Part shown: piece by piece, positions 1 to 9,379 of the stretch
Layout: each line of letters begins with the position of its first letter
How positions within the stretch are numbered: the first letter of the stretch is position 1
Origin: Gammaproteobacteria bacterium
GTDB lineage: Bacteria; Pseudomonadota; Gammaproteobacteria; UBA4575
Reading direction: 5' to 3'
Length of the DNA: 64,000 bases
Assembly: GCA_965221955.1 (NCBI GenBank)
Contig: CBDCTA010000029.1
Span: forward strand, 320,001 to 384,000
Translations under genes and position numbers: made by a program
The notes under the pieces: model-generated
Database searches by the model: none
What the model saw: only the letters and a program-made list of their open reading frames with translations
Told to the model about the DNA's origin: nothing

Positions 1-2
1 AA

Positions 3-1091
3 GATCAGCTGCGTCTAAACGTTTTAGTTGCGCAACCTCTCCAAGCGGTCCGCATCGATGAGTCTCGTATGTGTGTACATGTATTATCTGAAAAAGGGGA
101 TGCAAGTGTGCAATTAAATCCAACATGTAAGGATGAAAAATATGTGCGTTTGGTACGTCAATTTTTATCAACATATTATTTAGGTTCACCCGGGGGTTAT
201 CCTGTATTTTTGCGTCGCTGGACACGTATGGGTCAAGCGCGTGATGATAGTTTAGAAAAGTTATTGTTAATAGGAGAACCAGAAGCGGTTGCTGCGGTTG
301 TGCATGCTTCGGGCCTAACTGATGAGCTTGCTAGGCGTGCTTGGTGGTCTAGTGCCACCGCGGAAAATGCTAGGCGCATGCTTGAAAAAGAATGTGTTGT
401 AAAAGGTTTAATGGGAAAAGAATTGGCACAGTTTTTAATTGAATTTTTACCTTTCGAAGAACAACAAAAAGCAATTATTGATAGTGTACGTTTAGTGCTA
501 CAACCTGGATTGATAACAGATGAAACGCGCATGGAAATATGGAAGCGTGGAAAAAGAAAAAATACCTACTACATTGGATTTCTTCAACAAACCCCTAACG
601 ACTTGCCAATAGAGGTTAATGCGCATGAAAGCTATGGAAAAATTAGTGAAATAATAAAAACCGAAATAGAACAAGGTAATGAAGTAGCTGACTTATTAAG
701 CTTGGCGTTAAGTCCTGCTGGGCAAGCATTCCTAGAAACGATAGAGCTGGTATTGAAAAAACCAAATGATCAAGAAGCTGTAGCGGCTATACTAAACGCA
801 ATCGGACAGTATTTTGATAAATTTGGTATCGATCAATTGAAATGGCGTGATATTCAAGATTTAACAAGTTATGCCGAAGTGCATTACCAACAACATTGGG
901 CCGTACAAAAACTGCTAGTAATAGATGAAGCTTTAGCTTCTAAGCTAAAAGCATTATTCAATTTATCAATGATTTCTGAAACACTTGTTGATCCAATTTT
1001 TGGTATGACAGATGCCATAGGTTCTGTGATGAGAAAAAAAATAGCACACGTTGTAAATCCAATTACAGAAAATCTGCAGTTGCTTAGGTAA
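3..1091 (+). CDS. dsrS: DsrS family protein (5'-truncated by window edge)
   Basis: Frame is open from position 3 (DQLRLNVLVAQPLQAVRIDESRM...). Motifs LRLNVL, LGSPGGYPVFLRRWTRMGQ and ELARRAWW match DsrS of sulfur oxidisers as recalled. Confidence 0.8.
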   Translation, partial: DQLRLNVLVAQPLQAVRIDESRMCVHVLSEKGDASVQLNPTCKDEKYVRLVRQFLSTYYLGSPGGYPVFLRRWTRMGQARDDSLEKLLLIGEPEAVAAVVHASGLTDELARRAWWSSATAENARRMLEKECVVKGLMGKELAQFLIEFLPFEEQQKAIIDSVRLVLQPGLITDETRMEIWKRGKRKNTYYIGFLQQTPNDLPIEVNAHESYGKISEIIKTEIEQGNEVADLLSLALSPAGQAFLETIELVLKKPNDQEAVAAILNAIGQYFDKFGIDQLKWRDIQDLTSYAEVHYQQHWAVQKLLVIDEALASKLKALFNLSMISETLVDPIFGMTDAIGSVMRKKIAHVVNPITENLQLLR

Positions 1092-1103
1092 TAAATAAAG
1101 CAT

Positions 1104-2534
1104 ATGGATTATCTGCCACTATTTCTCGATATTAAAAACAAGCCCTGTTTGATTGTGGGGGGTGGTGTAATTGCTGAACGCAAAGTAACTATTCTGTCGC
1201 GTGCGCAAGCAGCCATTACGGTTATTGCTCCTGAAATTACCGCAGAGATACAACGTAAACTCGATAATAAGATCATATGGAAACAAAAAGAGTTTGCAGC
1301 AGAAGATTTAAAAGACTACCAAATTGTTATCGCAGCGACTGATGACCGAGAGGTTAATGCAAAAGTTGCTTCACTTTGCCGAGAAAAAAATATTTTAGTG
1401 AATGCTGCTGACGACACTAAAAACTGTGACTTCATTCTGCCTTCTATTATTGATCGTTCACCAGTGCAAATTGCAGTTTCAACTGGAGGCGCTTCGCCTG
1501 TATTGGCAAGAATGCTGCGTACGAAACTAGAAAATTGCACGCCTGCATCTTATGGTGATTTGGCAAGGCTTATTGAAGATAATCGTATAAAAGTTAAAGA
1601 AAAATTCTCCACCGTTGATCAAAGACGAAAATTTTGGGAACAAGTATTGCAAGGACCCATTGCAGAATTAGTATTTGCTAACCAATTAAGTGCTGCGCAG
1701 AAATTATTAGAAGATGCTATTCATCAAGCGGATAATAATGAGTTGCCGCAAGGAGAGGTGTACTTAGTAGGAGCAGGCCCTGGCGACCCAGATCTTTTAA
1801 CCTTCCGAGCTTTGCGATTGATGCAACAAGCAGACGTAGTCGTATATGACCGTTTAGTTTCTCAAGAAATCATGGATTTAGTTCGAAAAGATGCTGAACA
1901 TATTTATGCAGGGAAAGAGCGTGCGCAACATACTTTACAACAGGAAACGATCAACGAACTTCTAGTGCGATTGGCGAAAGAAGGGAAGCGTGTCTTGCGT
2001 CTAAAAGGGGGGGATCCCTTTATTTTTGGCCGTGGTGGTGAAGAGATTGCTTCACTTATTGATGAAAGTATTCCATTTCAAATTGTTCCCGGTATTACTG
2101 CGGCAGCAGGTTGTGCGGCATACGCGGGAATCCCGCTTACACATCGTGAATATTCACAAGCTGCAATTTTTGCAACAGGACATTTAAAAGATGGTACGGT
2201 GGATTTGAACTGGGAAATGTTAGCGCATGCTAATCAGACCTTAGTATTTTATATGGGTCTACATGGGTTGCAGATCATCTGTAATAATTTAATCAAACAT
2301 GGGCTAAGCACTACAACACCAGCAGCTTTAGTAATGCAAGGCACCACAGCAAATCAAAAAAACATTATCGGCAATCTTGAAAATCTACCGGAATTAGTCA
2401 AGCGACATGATGTCAAACCACCAACACTTGTGATCGTTGGCGATGTTGTGCGGCTGCATGAAAAATTAAACTGGTTTAATCCTGAAGAAGATGTCACTGC
2501 AGGAGCAGTAAAAGCTTTCGGCGCTAAAACGTAG
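1104..2534 (+). CDS. cysG: Siroheme synthase (multifunctional CysG)
   Basis: MDYLPLF start, N-terminal dehydrogenase/ferrochelatase, then GEVYLVGAGPGDPDLLT and RLKGGDPFIFGRGGEE methyltransferase motifs; 476 aa. Confidence 0.97.
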   Translation: MDYLPLFLDIKNKPCLIVGGGVIAERKVTILSRAQAAITVIAPEITAEIQRKLDNKIIWKQKEFAAEDLKDYQIVIAATDDREVNAKVASLCREKNILVNAADDTKNCDFILPSIIDRSPVQIAVSTGGASPVLARMLRTKLENCTPASYGDLARLIEDNRIKVKEKFSTVDQRRKFWEQVLQGPIAELVFANQLSAAQKLLEDAIHQADNNELPQGEVYLVGAGPGDPDLLTFRALRLMQQADVVVYDRLVSQEIMDLVRKDAEHIYAGKERAQHTLQQETINELLVRLAKEGKRVLRLKGGDPFIFGRGGEEIASLIDESIPFQIVPGITAAAGCAAYAGIPLTHREYSQAAIFATGHLKDGTVDLNWEMLAHANQTLVFYMGLHGLQIICNNLIKHGLSTTTPAALVMQGTTANQKNIIGNLENLPELVKRHDVKPPTLVIVGDVVRLHEKLNWFNPEEDVTAGAVKAFGAKT

Positions 2535-2545
2535 TTTTATATTAG

Positions 2546-3202
2546 TTAGTCATGCATGGCAGATTCTTTTATATTAATCTTGCCATTTTTAACTTGAATA
2601 AATCCGTCACGCTTTAAATCGTGAATTACACGACTTACTGTTTCTCTTGATGATGCTACAAGATTAGCAATATCTTTATGAGTCAAGCCTTTTACAACTC
2701 TACGACCATCTATATTAATAGAATGATCTAATAACGCACGTACCACTCTACGGTGTACATTATTAAGAGCAAAATTTTCTAGATCCTTAGTTAATTTTTT
2801 AATAGTAGTAGCCATGCTAAGCACAATTTTTTGTGCAGCTTTAGGATTGTGGCTATAAAAGTCAATAAAGTCATTTTTATTTATGATTAAAACTTTGCAC
2901 TTTTCTTTCGCAAGCACACTCGCCGTACGCGGTGTATTGCAAAATAACGAGAGTTCGCCAAAAGAATCACCTTCATTTATTTCGTTGAGCGTTACTTCTC
3001 TTCCTTGCTCATTTTCAATATAAACGCGCACACTACCTTCAAGAATAAAGTATACAGAGGTAGATTCATCTCCTTCCGTAAGAATGATTGTATTTTTTGC
3101 ATAGTTTTTAATGCGTGACTTATTCGATAGTGGTTCGAGATCTTCTTTAGAAAATTCTAAAAAGAAAGGTATTTGTTGTAGTGCAAAGAGTTTTGCATTC
3201 AT
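2546..3202 (-). CDS. Crp/Fnr family transcriptional regulator, cNMP-binding CRP-like
   Basis: cNMP pocket FGELSL..PRTASV; C-terminal HTH THKDIANLVASSRETVSR. Confidence 0.93.
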   Translation of the reverse strand: MNAKLFALQQIPFFLEFSKEDLEPLSNKSRIKNYAKNTIILTEGDESTSVYFILEGSVRVYIENEQGREVTLNEINEGDSFGELSLFCNTPRTASVLAKEKCKVLIINKNDFIDFYSHNPKAAQKIVLSMATTIKKLTKDLENFALNNVHRRVVRALLDHSINIDGRRVVKGLTHKDIANLVASSRETVSRVIHDLKRDGFIQVKNGKINIKESAMHD

Positions 3203-5067
3203 AGTTCTACTTCCGAAGTAACAATGTTATTCAACGCTAAATCAACAATCGAATGTACTTGTGAATTAAATGAATCTAATGTCGAAGGTGTTAAATACAG
3301 CCCGCCGTTATCTTTCCATGAGTCCGATAAGAGGTATCTTGAGTCCCTTTTTAATACAGAATCCGTTTTACAATTATGTATAACAAGCGCACTAGACATC
3401 GGCCAATTAGTTTGAATTTCATTTAAGCGAACACTTGCGATGTAGTCCGCCCCATAAATATTGCAGTGTTCATTGTCAATGCTTTTAAAATCTTTAGAAT
3501 TTAGAGGTGAGCTGAGGAGTACAAAATTTGTTTTGTATGACTGTAACGAAGAGTCAGATAATGCTTTTTTATATAATTCAACAATATTCTTGCTAATTAG
3601 CCTTGCATGTTTACCAGTTTGATGTGGCAGTTTAGGTATATACGCATAAACAACTACTTTTTTTTCTTTAGGGCTTAAATCACTTTTAAAAGTTTCTGGT
3701 TCGGCCAGCTTGCTTTGGGGGATTGGTGTATTTTCATCAGTTTCGGGCGCGCAAAATAGCTCTTCTCTTATAGTCCCCTTGCTGCTTTCTAGTGAATGAG
3801 GTTTTACTGCATCATTAGAGTATATAGAGCAATTTGTGAATTGTTTTTCTTCGTTCAGTGTCTCTGATTGTGGTTGTGATTCAATAATATCGATTATCTG
3901 CTGTCTTACAGGGTTATATTCTGCATACAAGTTTTCATAAGTATTGAGTGTTTGTTGAGAGATCACTTCATCTAGACGAGAGAGCAATGTTTTGTTTGCC
4001 TCAATTAGATTTATGTTTTTTGCTGCATAATCATCAATTAGGATATTTTTGAGACTTAGCTCTTTCTCAATACGATCAAATCGAGCACTCATGCTCTCCT
4101 GTTGAGAAATAAGCTTGTGGTTTAGTCGTTTAAGACCATCAAGAGCTTTTCTTTGGTTTTCGTACTTATTAACTAAAAATTCCTGATTTTTTTCATATGT
4201 CAGTATTTTCTCATGTGCCTGTGCTAGTAAACTCTCGTCAATTTTACTTTGTTGGTTCAGGTTTAAATCATTCTCATGGAGATGTTCTATGTGTTTAGAT
4301 TTATATAAAACTATCTCGCTATTTTTTTTATTTCTTAAGCTTATATCAGGCTTAATTTCGCTAATTTTGTCCGTGAAAGAAATCTTAGTATTGTTATTTA
4401 ATTGTGCAGTACCAATGTGATAAGCGAAGAATAATGCACATGCTGTTGAAAATGCGTATGTAAAAATGGGGAATAGAGGTTTTTTTATCCTACAGTTAAA
4501 AAATGTGGTATTGCTGATGTAAGAGCCTTTTTGATTTAAGCATACTTTGTATGCTTTTATAGAGTTGTGTAGATTTTTTAATCGATGTTGACCTAAGCAT
4601 TTATACTTATATGGAAGAGTACGATGAACGTGGGAAAATAAAGATTCCGAAAAAACAATTCCGCCTGGTTCTGCTAACGATTCCAACCTTTTAGTAATAT
4701 TTACACAATTGCCAAAAGTTTCACCACTATCGATAATGACCTCTCCGCAATTTATTCCAATACGAAAACTTAAGTTTTCCTCTTTTTGTAAAGTTTCATT
4801 TTGTTCAAATGACGATGTTTGAATGTCTACTGCACATTGCAAGGCCTTTGTAGGAGAGGCAAAAGTAGCTAGAACACTGTCACCTTCGGTTCTATGGATC
4901 ACACCATTATGGTGACGAACAAGATTTGAAATAAGTGAAAAACGCACACATAAATTACTGTGTGTCAGTTCCTCATTTGTTTCAGTCAAACGAGCATACT
5001 CAGCAACATCTGCAAACAGTATTGTTTTCAGTTCGCGATAAGTAGTTCCTTGTGGTGCCCCATTCAC
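3199..5067 (-). CDS. Membrane-anchored class III adenylate/guanylate cyclase with coiled coil and novel C-terminal extracytoplasmic domain
   Basis: N-terminal ILFADV / EGDS / FRIGIN / FGNCVNITKRLE cyclase motifs; one hydrophobic helix near aa 200-220; 4-nt overlap with the crp-like gene. Confidence 0.85.
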   Translation of the reverse strand: MNGAPQGTTYRELKTILFADVAEYARLTETNEELTHSNLCVRFSLISNLVRHHNGVIHRTEGDSVLATFASPTKALQCAVDIQTSSFEQNETLQKEENLSFRIGINCGEVIIDSGETFGNCVNITKRLESLAEPGGIVFSESLFSHVHRTLPYKYKCLGQHRLKNLHNSIKAYKVCLNQKGSYISNTTFFNCRIKKPLFPIFTYAFSTACALFFAYHIGTAQLNNNTKISFTDKISEIKPDISLRNKKNSEIVLYKSKHIEHLHENDLNLNQQSKIDESLLAQAHEKILTYEKNQEFLVNKYENQRKALDGLKRLNHKLISQQESMSARFDRIEKELSLKNILIDDYAAKNINLIEANKTLLSRLDEVISQQTLNTYENLYAEYNPVRQQIIDIIESQPQSETLNEEKQFTNCSIYSNDAVKPHSLESSKGTIREELFCAPETDENTPIPQSKLAEPETFKSDLSPKEKKVVVYAYIPKLPHQTGKHARLISKNIVELYKKALSDSSLQSYKTNFVLLSSPLNSKDFKSIDNEHCNIYGADYIASVRLNEIQTNWPMSSALVIHNCKTDSVLKRDSRYLLSDSWKDNGGLYLTPSTLDSFNSQVHSIVDLALNNIVTSEVEL

Positions 5068-5327
5068 GCTACTCTGTCTCTTTTGTTATTTGTTCACGTT
5101 CTTTATTGTATCACTAGGTGTTTGATTTATTTAGTTTTCAATCACTAAATGTAGTTTTTATGTTAACAAATATTCCGAACTCTCTAATTTTCTTGGCTAT
5201 TAGTCTTACTAAAGCTTTCTATAAGTGGTTTTAATCCATTTCAAGAAGCTAGACAGCAACTGCATAGAAATTTCCAAGCGAATAGTGCAAGGCTGTTAAT
5301 TAGCTGCTTTTTCGAATTCTATTTTTG

Positions 5328-5343
5328 TGTAATAAAAATCACG
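5328..5343. promoter_or_regulatory. CRP-type box
   Basis: TGTAA-TAAAAA-TCACG vs consensus TGTGA-N6-TCACA. Confidence 0.55.
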
Positions 5344-5405
5344 TTTTTAATTAACATTAGAATTCACTCCTGATTAATCTGCAAAATAATTAATCACAAT
5401 TACTT

Positions 5406-5421
5406 TGTAATTAATATCACA
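5406..5421. promoter_or_regulatory. CRP-type box
   Basis: TGTAA-TTAATA-TCACA followed by TTT; one mismatch to the consensus core. Confidence 0.7.
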
Positions 5422-5511
5422 TTTGATCCGTATGTATTTTCACTGATGCGTATTTATTAATTCGATTAAATATTTTCACGGCGAACATACAGAAATGCGC
5501 GAAGCATTTTT

Positions 5512-5793
5512 ATGAAAAACGTGAAAAATTTTTATCAATTGACTCTATTTATATTCGTTATTTTTTTGTTTTTGCAGCCAGTAAATTCATCTGATACAGA
5601 AATAGCAACTATAAATGAGAGTTCAGAAGTAGCTAGAAAAAATCTAATCATCTGTAGTAATGATTATTTCTCAAATTCTAAGTTTGAGTACAAAACACAT
5701 TTCGTAACTAGCTTTAGATTCACGCTTTCTGAAAAAGACTGTTTGCCAACATATTCAGAGTCACTTGAAAACAAAAGACTGTATTCAAAGTGA
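5512..5793 (+). CDS. Small secreted hypothetical protein (2 Cys)
   Basis: 93 aa ORF with N-terminal hydrophobic signal-like segment; local similarity to the C-terminal domain of the neighbouring cyclase. Confidence 0.55.
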   Translation: MKNVKNFYQLTLFIFVIFLFLQPVNSSDTEIATINESSEVARKNLIICSNDYFSNSKFEYKTHFVTSFRFTLSEKDCLPTYSESLENKRLYSK

Positions 5794-5845
5794 ATCGTAC
5801 TGATTCGGGGAACCTAGTCATTAAACATAAAGCGGAGAGAGGAAA

Positions 5846-7246
5846 ATGAAAAAAATAGGATTTTTAGTATTGCTAATATCAATGATGATGCCATTTATAG
5901 TGAATGCTGGTGGTGTTTCTGGAGGGAATGCAAATTCAAATTGGACAATTTATGGTTGGCAAAATTGGTCACTCAATTTTCAATCCATTGATGAAACGAG
6001 TATTGATCCTACAGACACGGTTAATACGGGATTTGGTGGACCTAATGAACGAGAAGTCGATTTTATCAGTATGGATAATGAAGCGGCAAACATTGGTTTC
6101 GCTTCATCAATTGACACAGGCGTATCGGTTGCAGGCCAAGCAGTAAAAGCGAACTTCCAATGTGAAATGTTTACCTATTTCAATCGGTTCAGTGATTTCA
6201 CTTTTAATAATCTTTGTAGTCGTAACAGTAAGCTTGGGATAAGTGGTCCTTGGGGTGAAGTGATGTTTTCTGCTTGGCTAACTCCCTACAACGAAATTAC
6301 GGCACAATGGATAGATCCTTTCTATGATGCGGGTAACCAAACACATTCAACCTTAATGGGTTTGTCTGGTTTTGGTTCATCTTATGGAAACGGCGGATTT
6401 GACACTGCTTTCGGAGCAGGTATGGCAAACATTGGTTTCATGCGCCGCAAACCTGAACTATGGCAATGGTGGTCACCCAATTGGGGTGGATTACAGTTGC
6501 GCGTAGGCTGGTCAAATTCTAACTCTGCAGTAGGCTTTGGTCACGAAGAGCAACAAGTCGCTGATATCAATGGAGCAATTCAAGAGCATGACCCTTCAAT
6601 GCTGTCTATAGGAGCTGCGTATACACACAACTTCGGCAACGATGAATTATGGATTGGTTTTGGTTACCAACAACATGATGAATGGGCTGCGGTTGATTTT
6701 GAATGTTCTGATTCAGATGATGATACATGGCGTCTTGCGGGGCGCTACATTCATGACTGGGGCAATGGTCATAACACTCGTATATCTCTCGCTTATGAAG
6801 AAATGTCATGGGAATGGGATGAGTGTGCCGATACTGGTGGTGGTGCAGGCGCACTTGCAAATGGTCCTTTTCAAGCTGCATTGACTACTGATGGAAACAT
6901 CGATGTCGAGCGGGATGTTTGGTTAATTTCAGGCAAACACGATTTCCCTGGCCCACTGGATTTCAGATTCATGTATGCGGAAGCAGATGATTTTGATTGC
7001 AGTAACAATAGTACAGTAGCTGGCCAAAGTTGTGGTGGAATTGATGAGTCCAGCTCAGGTGCTGAACAGCTGTCTCTGGGTTTGTATTACACCTTGCCAG
7101 CTGGAACAGAACTACGTCTTGTTTATGGTGAAGTGGATAATGACCGGAACTCTGCAAACTCTTGGGGCATCAATGCTTCTGGCCATACTGTTGTACAAGG
7201 TGGTAAAGCAGAAACCATTCAAGTCGGTGTCGTACAATGGTTCTAG
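5846..7246 (+). CDS. Outer-membrane porin (Gram-negative porin-like)
   Basis: Signal peptide, TIYG strand, RNSKLGISGPWGEV and SPNWGGL porin-type motifs, C-terminal Phe; strong RBS GGAGAGAGG. Confidence 0.85.
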   Translation: MKKIGFLVLLISMMMPFIVNAGGVSGGNANSNWTIYGWQNWSLNFQSIDETSIDPTDTVNTGFGGPNEREVDFISMDNEAANIGFASSIDTGVSVAGQAVKANFQCEMFTYFNRFSDFTFNNLCSRNSKLGISGPWGEVMFSAWLTPYNEITAQWIDPFYDAGNQTHSTLMGLSGFGSSYGNGGFDTAFGAGMANIGFMRRKPELWQWWSPNWGGLQLRVGWSNSNSAVGFGHEEQQVADINGAIQEHDPSMLSIGAAYTHNFGNDELWIGFGYQQHDEWAAVDFECSDSDDDTWRLAGRYIHDWGNGHNTRISLAYEEMSWEWDECADTGGGAGALANGPFQAALTTDGNIDVERDVWLISGKHDFPGPLDFRFMYAEADDFDCSNNSTVAGQSCGGIDESSSGAEQLSLGLYYTLPAGTELRLVYGEVDNDRNSANSWGINASGHTVVQGGKAETIQVGVVQWF

Positions 7247-7306
7247 TGTGAATAATCGAAATACTCCTCAATAATAACTAAAACATAGGGATTTACTCGA
7301 GCATTG

Positions 7307-7336
7307 ACCGGGCTTCTTTTGAAGCCCGGTTTTTTT
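7307..7336 (+). terminator. Rho-independent terminator of porin gene
   Basis: ACCGGGCTTC-TTTT-GAAGCCCGGT followed by a T run. Confidence 0.9.
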
Positions 7337-7399
7337 ATGTTCTGAAAAATTCTTTTGGGACTTGATAAAATTGCAGCTTGTACTATAAAGAGCTGTGAG

Positions 7400-8524
7400 A
7401 TGATTTATTACGATCGTTTATTAATTATATTAGTAGCAAGCTATTGTGTTTTATTTGATGCAGCAGCAATTGAATTAGAGCCATATATAGAGGGTTTACA
7501 CAAGCCTATACTCCTTACACACATTCCTGAAATAAAGGCACAAAATATTGTTGTTGAAAAAACAGGTAAAATATTTTCCTTTAATAATAAAAAAGAAAAG
7601 CATCTTTATCTCGATGCATCTTCGCTGGTTACCTCGCGCGGAAGTGAGCAAGGTTTATTGTCCATTGCATTTCATCCGAAATTTTCTGAAAACGGCTATC
7701 TATTCATCTTTTATACCGCAAAAAATGGCGACAACACTTTGGCACGATTAACAGTCACTCCGCCATACGCAAGTCAAACTAATTTGCAAACTCTTGAAGT
7801 ATTAATTGCACAAGAAGATCCCGCATCAAATCATAATGGAGGTATGTTGGCGTTTGGATATGATGGCTATTTGTATTTAGGTATTGGTGATGGCGGAAGT
7901 GGTGGAGACCCCTGGAACAATGCACAAAATCTTGAGAATTTTCTGGGAAAAACTTTACGTATTGATGTCAATGACAGTAGAGGTTATTCAATTCCAAAAG
8001 ATAATCCCTTTGTTGGACAAGACAACACCTTGCCTGAAATTTGGGCGTATGGATTGCGTAACCCATGGCGGCATTCTTTTGATCGAGAAACGGGTGATTT
8101 ATGGATTGCCGATGTAGGGCAAAATAAATGGGAAGAAATTCATTGGCAATCAGTGGATAGCACGGGTGGAGAGAACTACGGTTGGCGCTTAATGGAAGGG
8201 AATCATTGTTTCTTGCCAAAAAAAGATTGCCAGAATAAAAAATATGGAGACTTGGTAAAACCTGTTGCAGAATATTCACATAAACAGGGTTGTTCTGTTA
8301 CAGGAGGCTATGTTTATCGTGGCGAAAATATTAAAGAATTGTATGGCAAATATATTTTCGGTGATTTTTGTACAGGCATGATCTGGACAATTGATAAATA
8401 TAATAACTTTTCTATGCAAGAATTAATGAAAACAGATCTAAAAATCAGTTCCTTCGGTGAAGATGCCGTTGGAGAGCTTTATGTAATAGACTATCGAGGT
8501 AAAATTTTTAAATTTGTGCCTTAG
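7400..8524 (+). CDS. PQQ-dependent sugar dehydrogenase (GSDH beta-propeller)
   Basis: EQGLLSIAFHPKF, NHNGGMLAFGYDGYLY, WAYGLRNPWR motifs; ATG at 7400 gives a signal peptide. Confidence 0.9.
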   Translation: MIYYDRLLIILVASYCVLFDAAAIELEPYIEGLHKPILLTHIPEIKAQNIVVEKTGKIFSFNNKKEKHLYLDASSLVTSRGSEQGLLSIAFHPKFSENGYLFIFYTAKNGDNTLARLTVTPPYASQTNLQTLEVLIAQEDPASNHNGGMLAFGYDGYLYLGIGDGGSGGDPWNNAQNLENFLGKTLRIDVNDSRGYSIPKDNPFVGQDNTLPEIWAYGLRNPWRHSFDRETGDLWIADVGQNKWEEIHWQSVDSTGGENYGWRLMEGNHCFLPKKDCQNKKYGDLVKPVAEYSHKQGCSVTGGYVYRGENIKELYGKYIFGDFCTGMIWTIDKYNNFSMQELMKTDLKISSFGEDAVGELYVIDYRGKIFKFVP

Positions 8525-8531
8525 TATTTGA

Positions 8532-9059
8532 ATGCTATATAAAGTTAACGTACTCATAGCGATTATAGTTTTAATGGGGTTATTCAATACTACTTCTGCC
8601 AATGAACTCGATGTTGGCATAGCAGCGCCATCATTTAAATTAGCTGATCAAACAAACACAACGCATAAATTAAGTGACTATCTAGGAAAATGGGTAGTGC
8701 TTTATTTTTATCCTAAAGATGACACACCTGGTTGTACGAAAGAGGCTTGTGCATTTCGTGATGACATCGCTACATTACAAAATCTTAATGTTCAGATTTT
8801 TGGTGTTAGCGTTGATGATTCGGAGAGTCATGCAAAGTTTGCAGAAAAGTATAGTTTACAATTCCCGTTATTAGCTGATATTGGTGGCGATGTTGCGGGC
8901 CGATACGGGTCATTGACAAAAATTGGCCCATTAAAGTTCGCAAAACGTCACACTTTTATTATTGATCCTGAAGGTAAGTTAGCTAAGATCTATCGTAGTG
9001 TGAAGCCTGCTGCACATAGTGATGAGGTAATTGCAGATATCAAACTGCTGCAAAAATAA
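8532..9059 (+). CDS. bcp: Exported BCP/PrxQ peroxiredoxin
   Basis: LYFYPKDDTPGCTKEAC motif; N-terminal signal peptide. Confidence 0.9.
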   Translation: MLYKVNVLIAIIVLMGLFNTTSANELDVGIAAPSFKLADQTNTTHKLSDYLGKWVVLYFYPKDDTPGCTKEACAFRDDIATLQNLNVQIFGVSVDDSESHAKFAEKYSLQFPLLADIGGDVAGRYGSLTKIGPLKFAKRHTFIIDPEGKLAKIYRSVKPAAHSDEVIADIKLLQK

Positions 9060-9071
9060 ACTCTTATGATC

Positions 9072-9080
9072 TGATATAAT
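9072..9080 (+). promoter_or_regulatory. Extended -10 promoter element of riboswitch/btuB transcript
   Basis: TG-A-TATAAT about 15 nt upstream of the riboswitch. Confidence 0.55.
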
Positions 9081-9094
9081 CCAATCTTACAACC

Positions 9095-9279
9095 TCACTA
9101 AAGGTGTCCTTGCTCACTTTGTGCCAAGGATGAAACAGGGAAGTCTGTGAAAGACAGACGCTGCCCCCGCAACGGTGATTGGGTTTCAGTAGTTCGAAAA
9201 CCACTGTGTTCTAAGAACATGGGAAGGTGAACCACTAAGTCTTTGACTGCTCATCAGCCCGGAGACCGGCCTTATGTGA
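9095..9279 (+). ncRNA. Cobalamin riboswitch
   Basis: AGGGAA, GTGAAA, CTGCCCCCGCAACGGT, CCACTG..GGGAAG and B12-box AGCCCGGAGACCGGCC in the expected order, upstream of a TonB receptor and adenosyltransferase. Confidence 0.96.
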
Positions 9280-9379
9280 ATCAGGAAACTGCGGCGGGCG
9301 GTTCTAGCTGAAGTCTTATCACAAGCTTGCTTGTGCACTTAGCTGTGTGTCCGTTACGTAAATTTATATAGGATACATC

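Noticed and set aside
2546-5067. Cyclase + cNMP-binding gene as a Pycsar/CBASS-type defence system
   Set aside because: The partner is a Crp HTH transcription factor, not a TM or TIR effector, and the cyclase has a receptor-like architecture.
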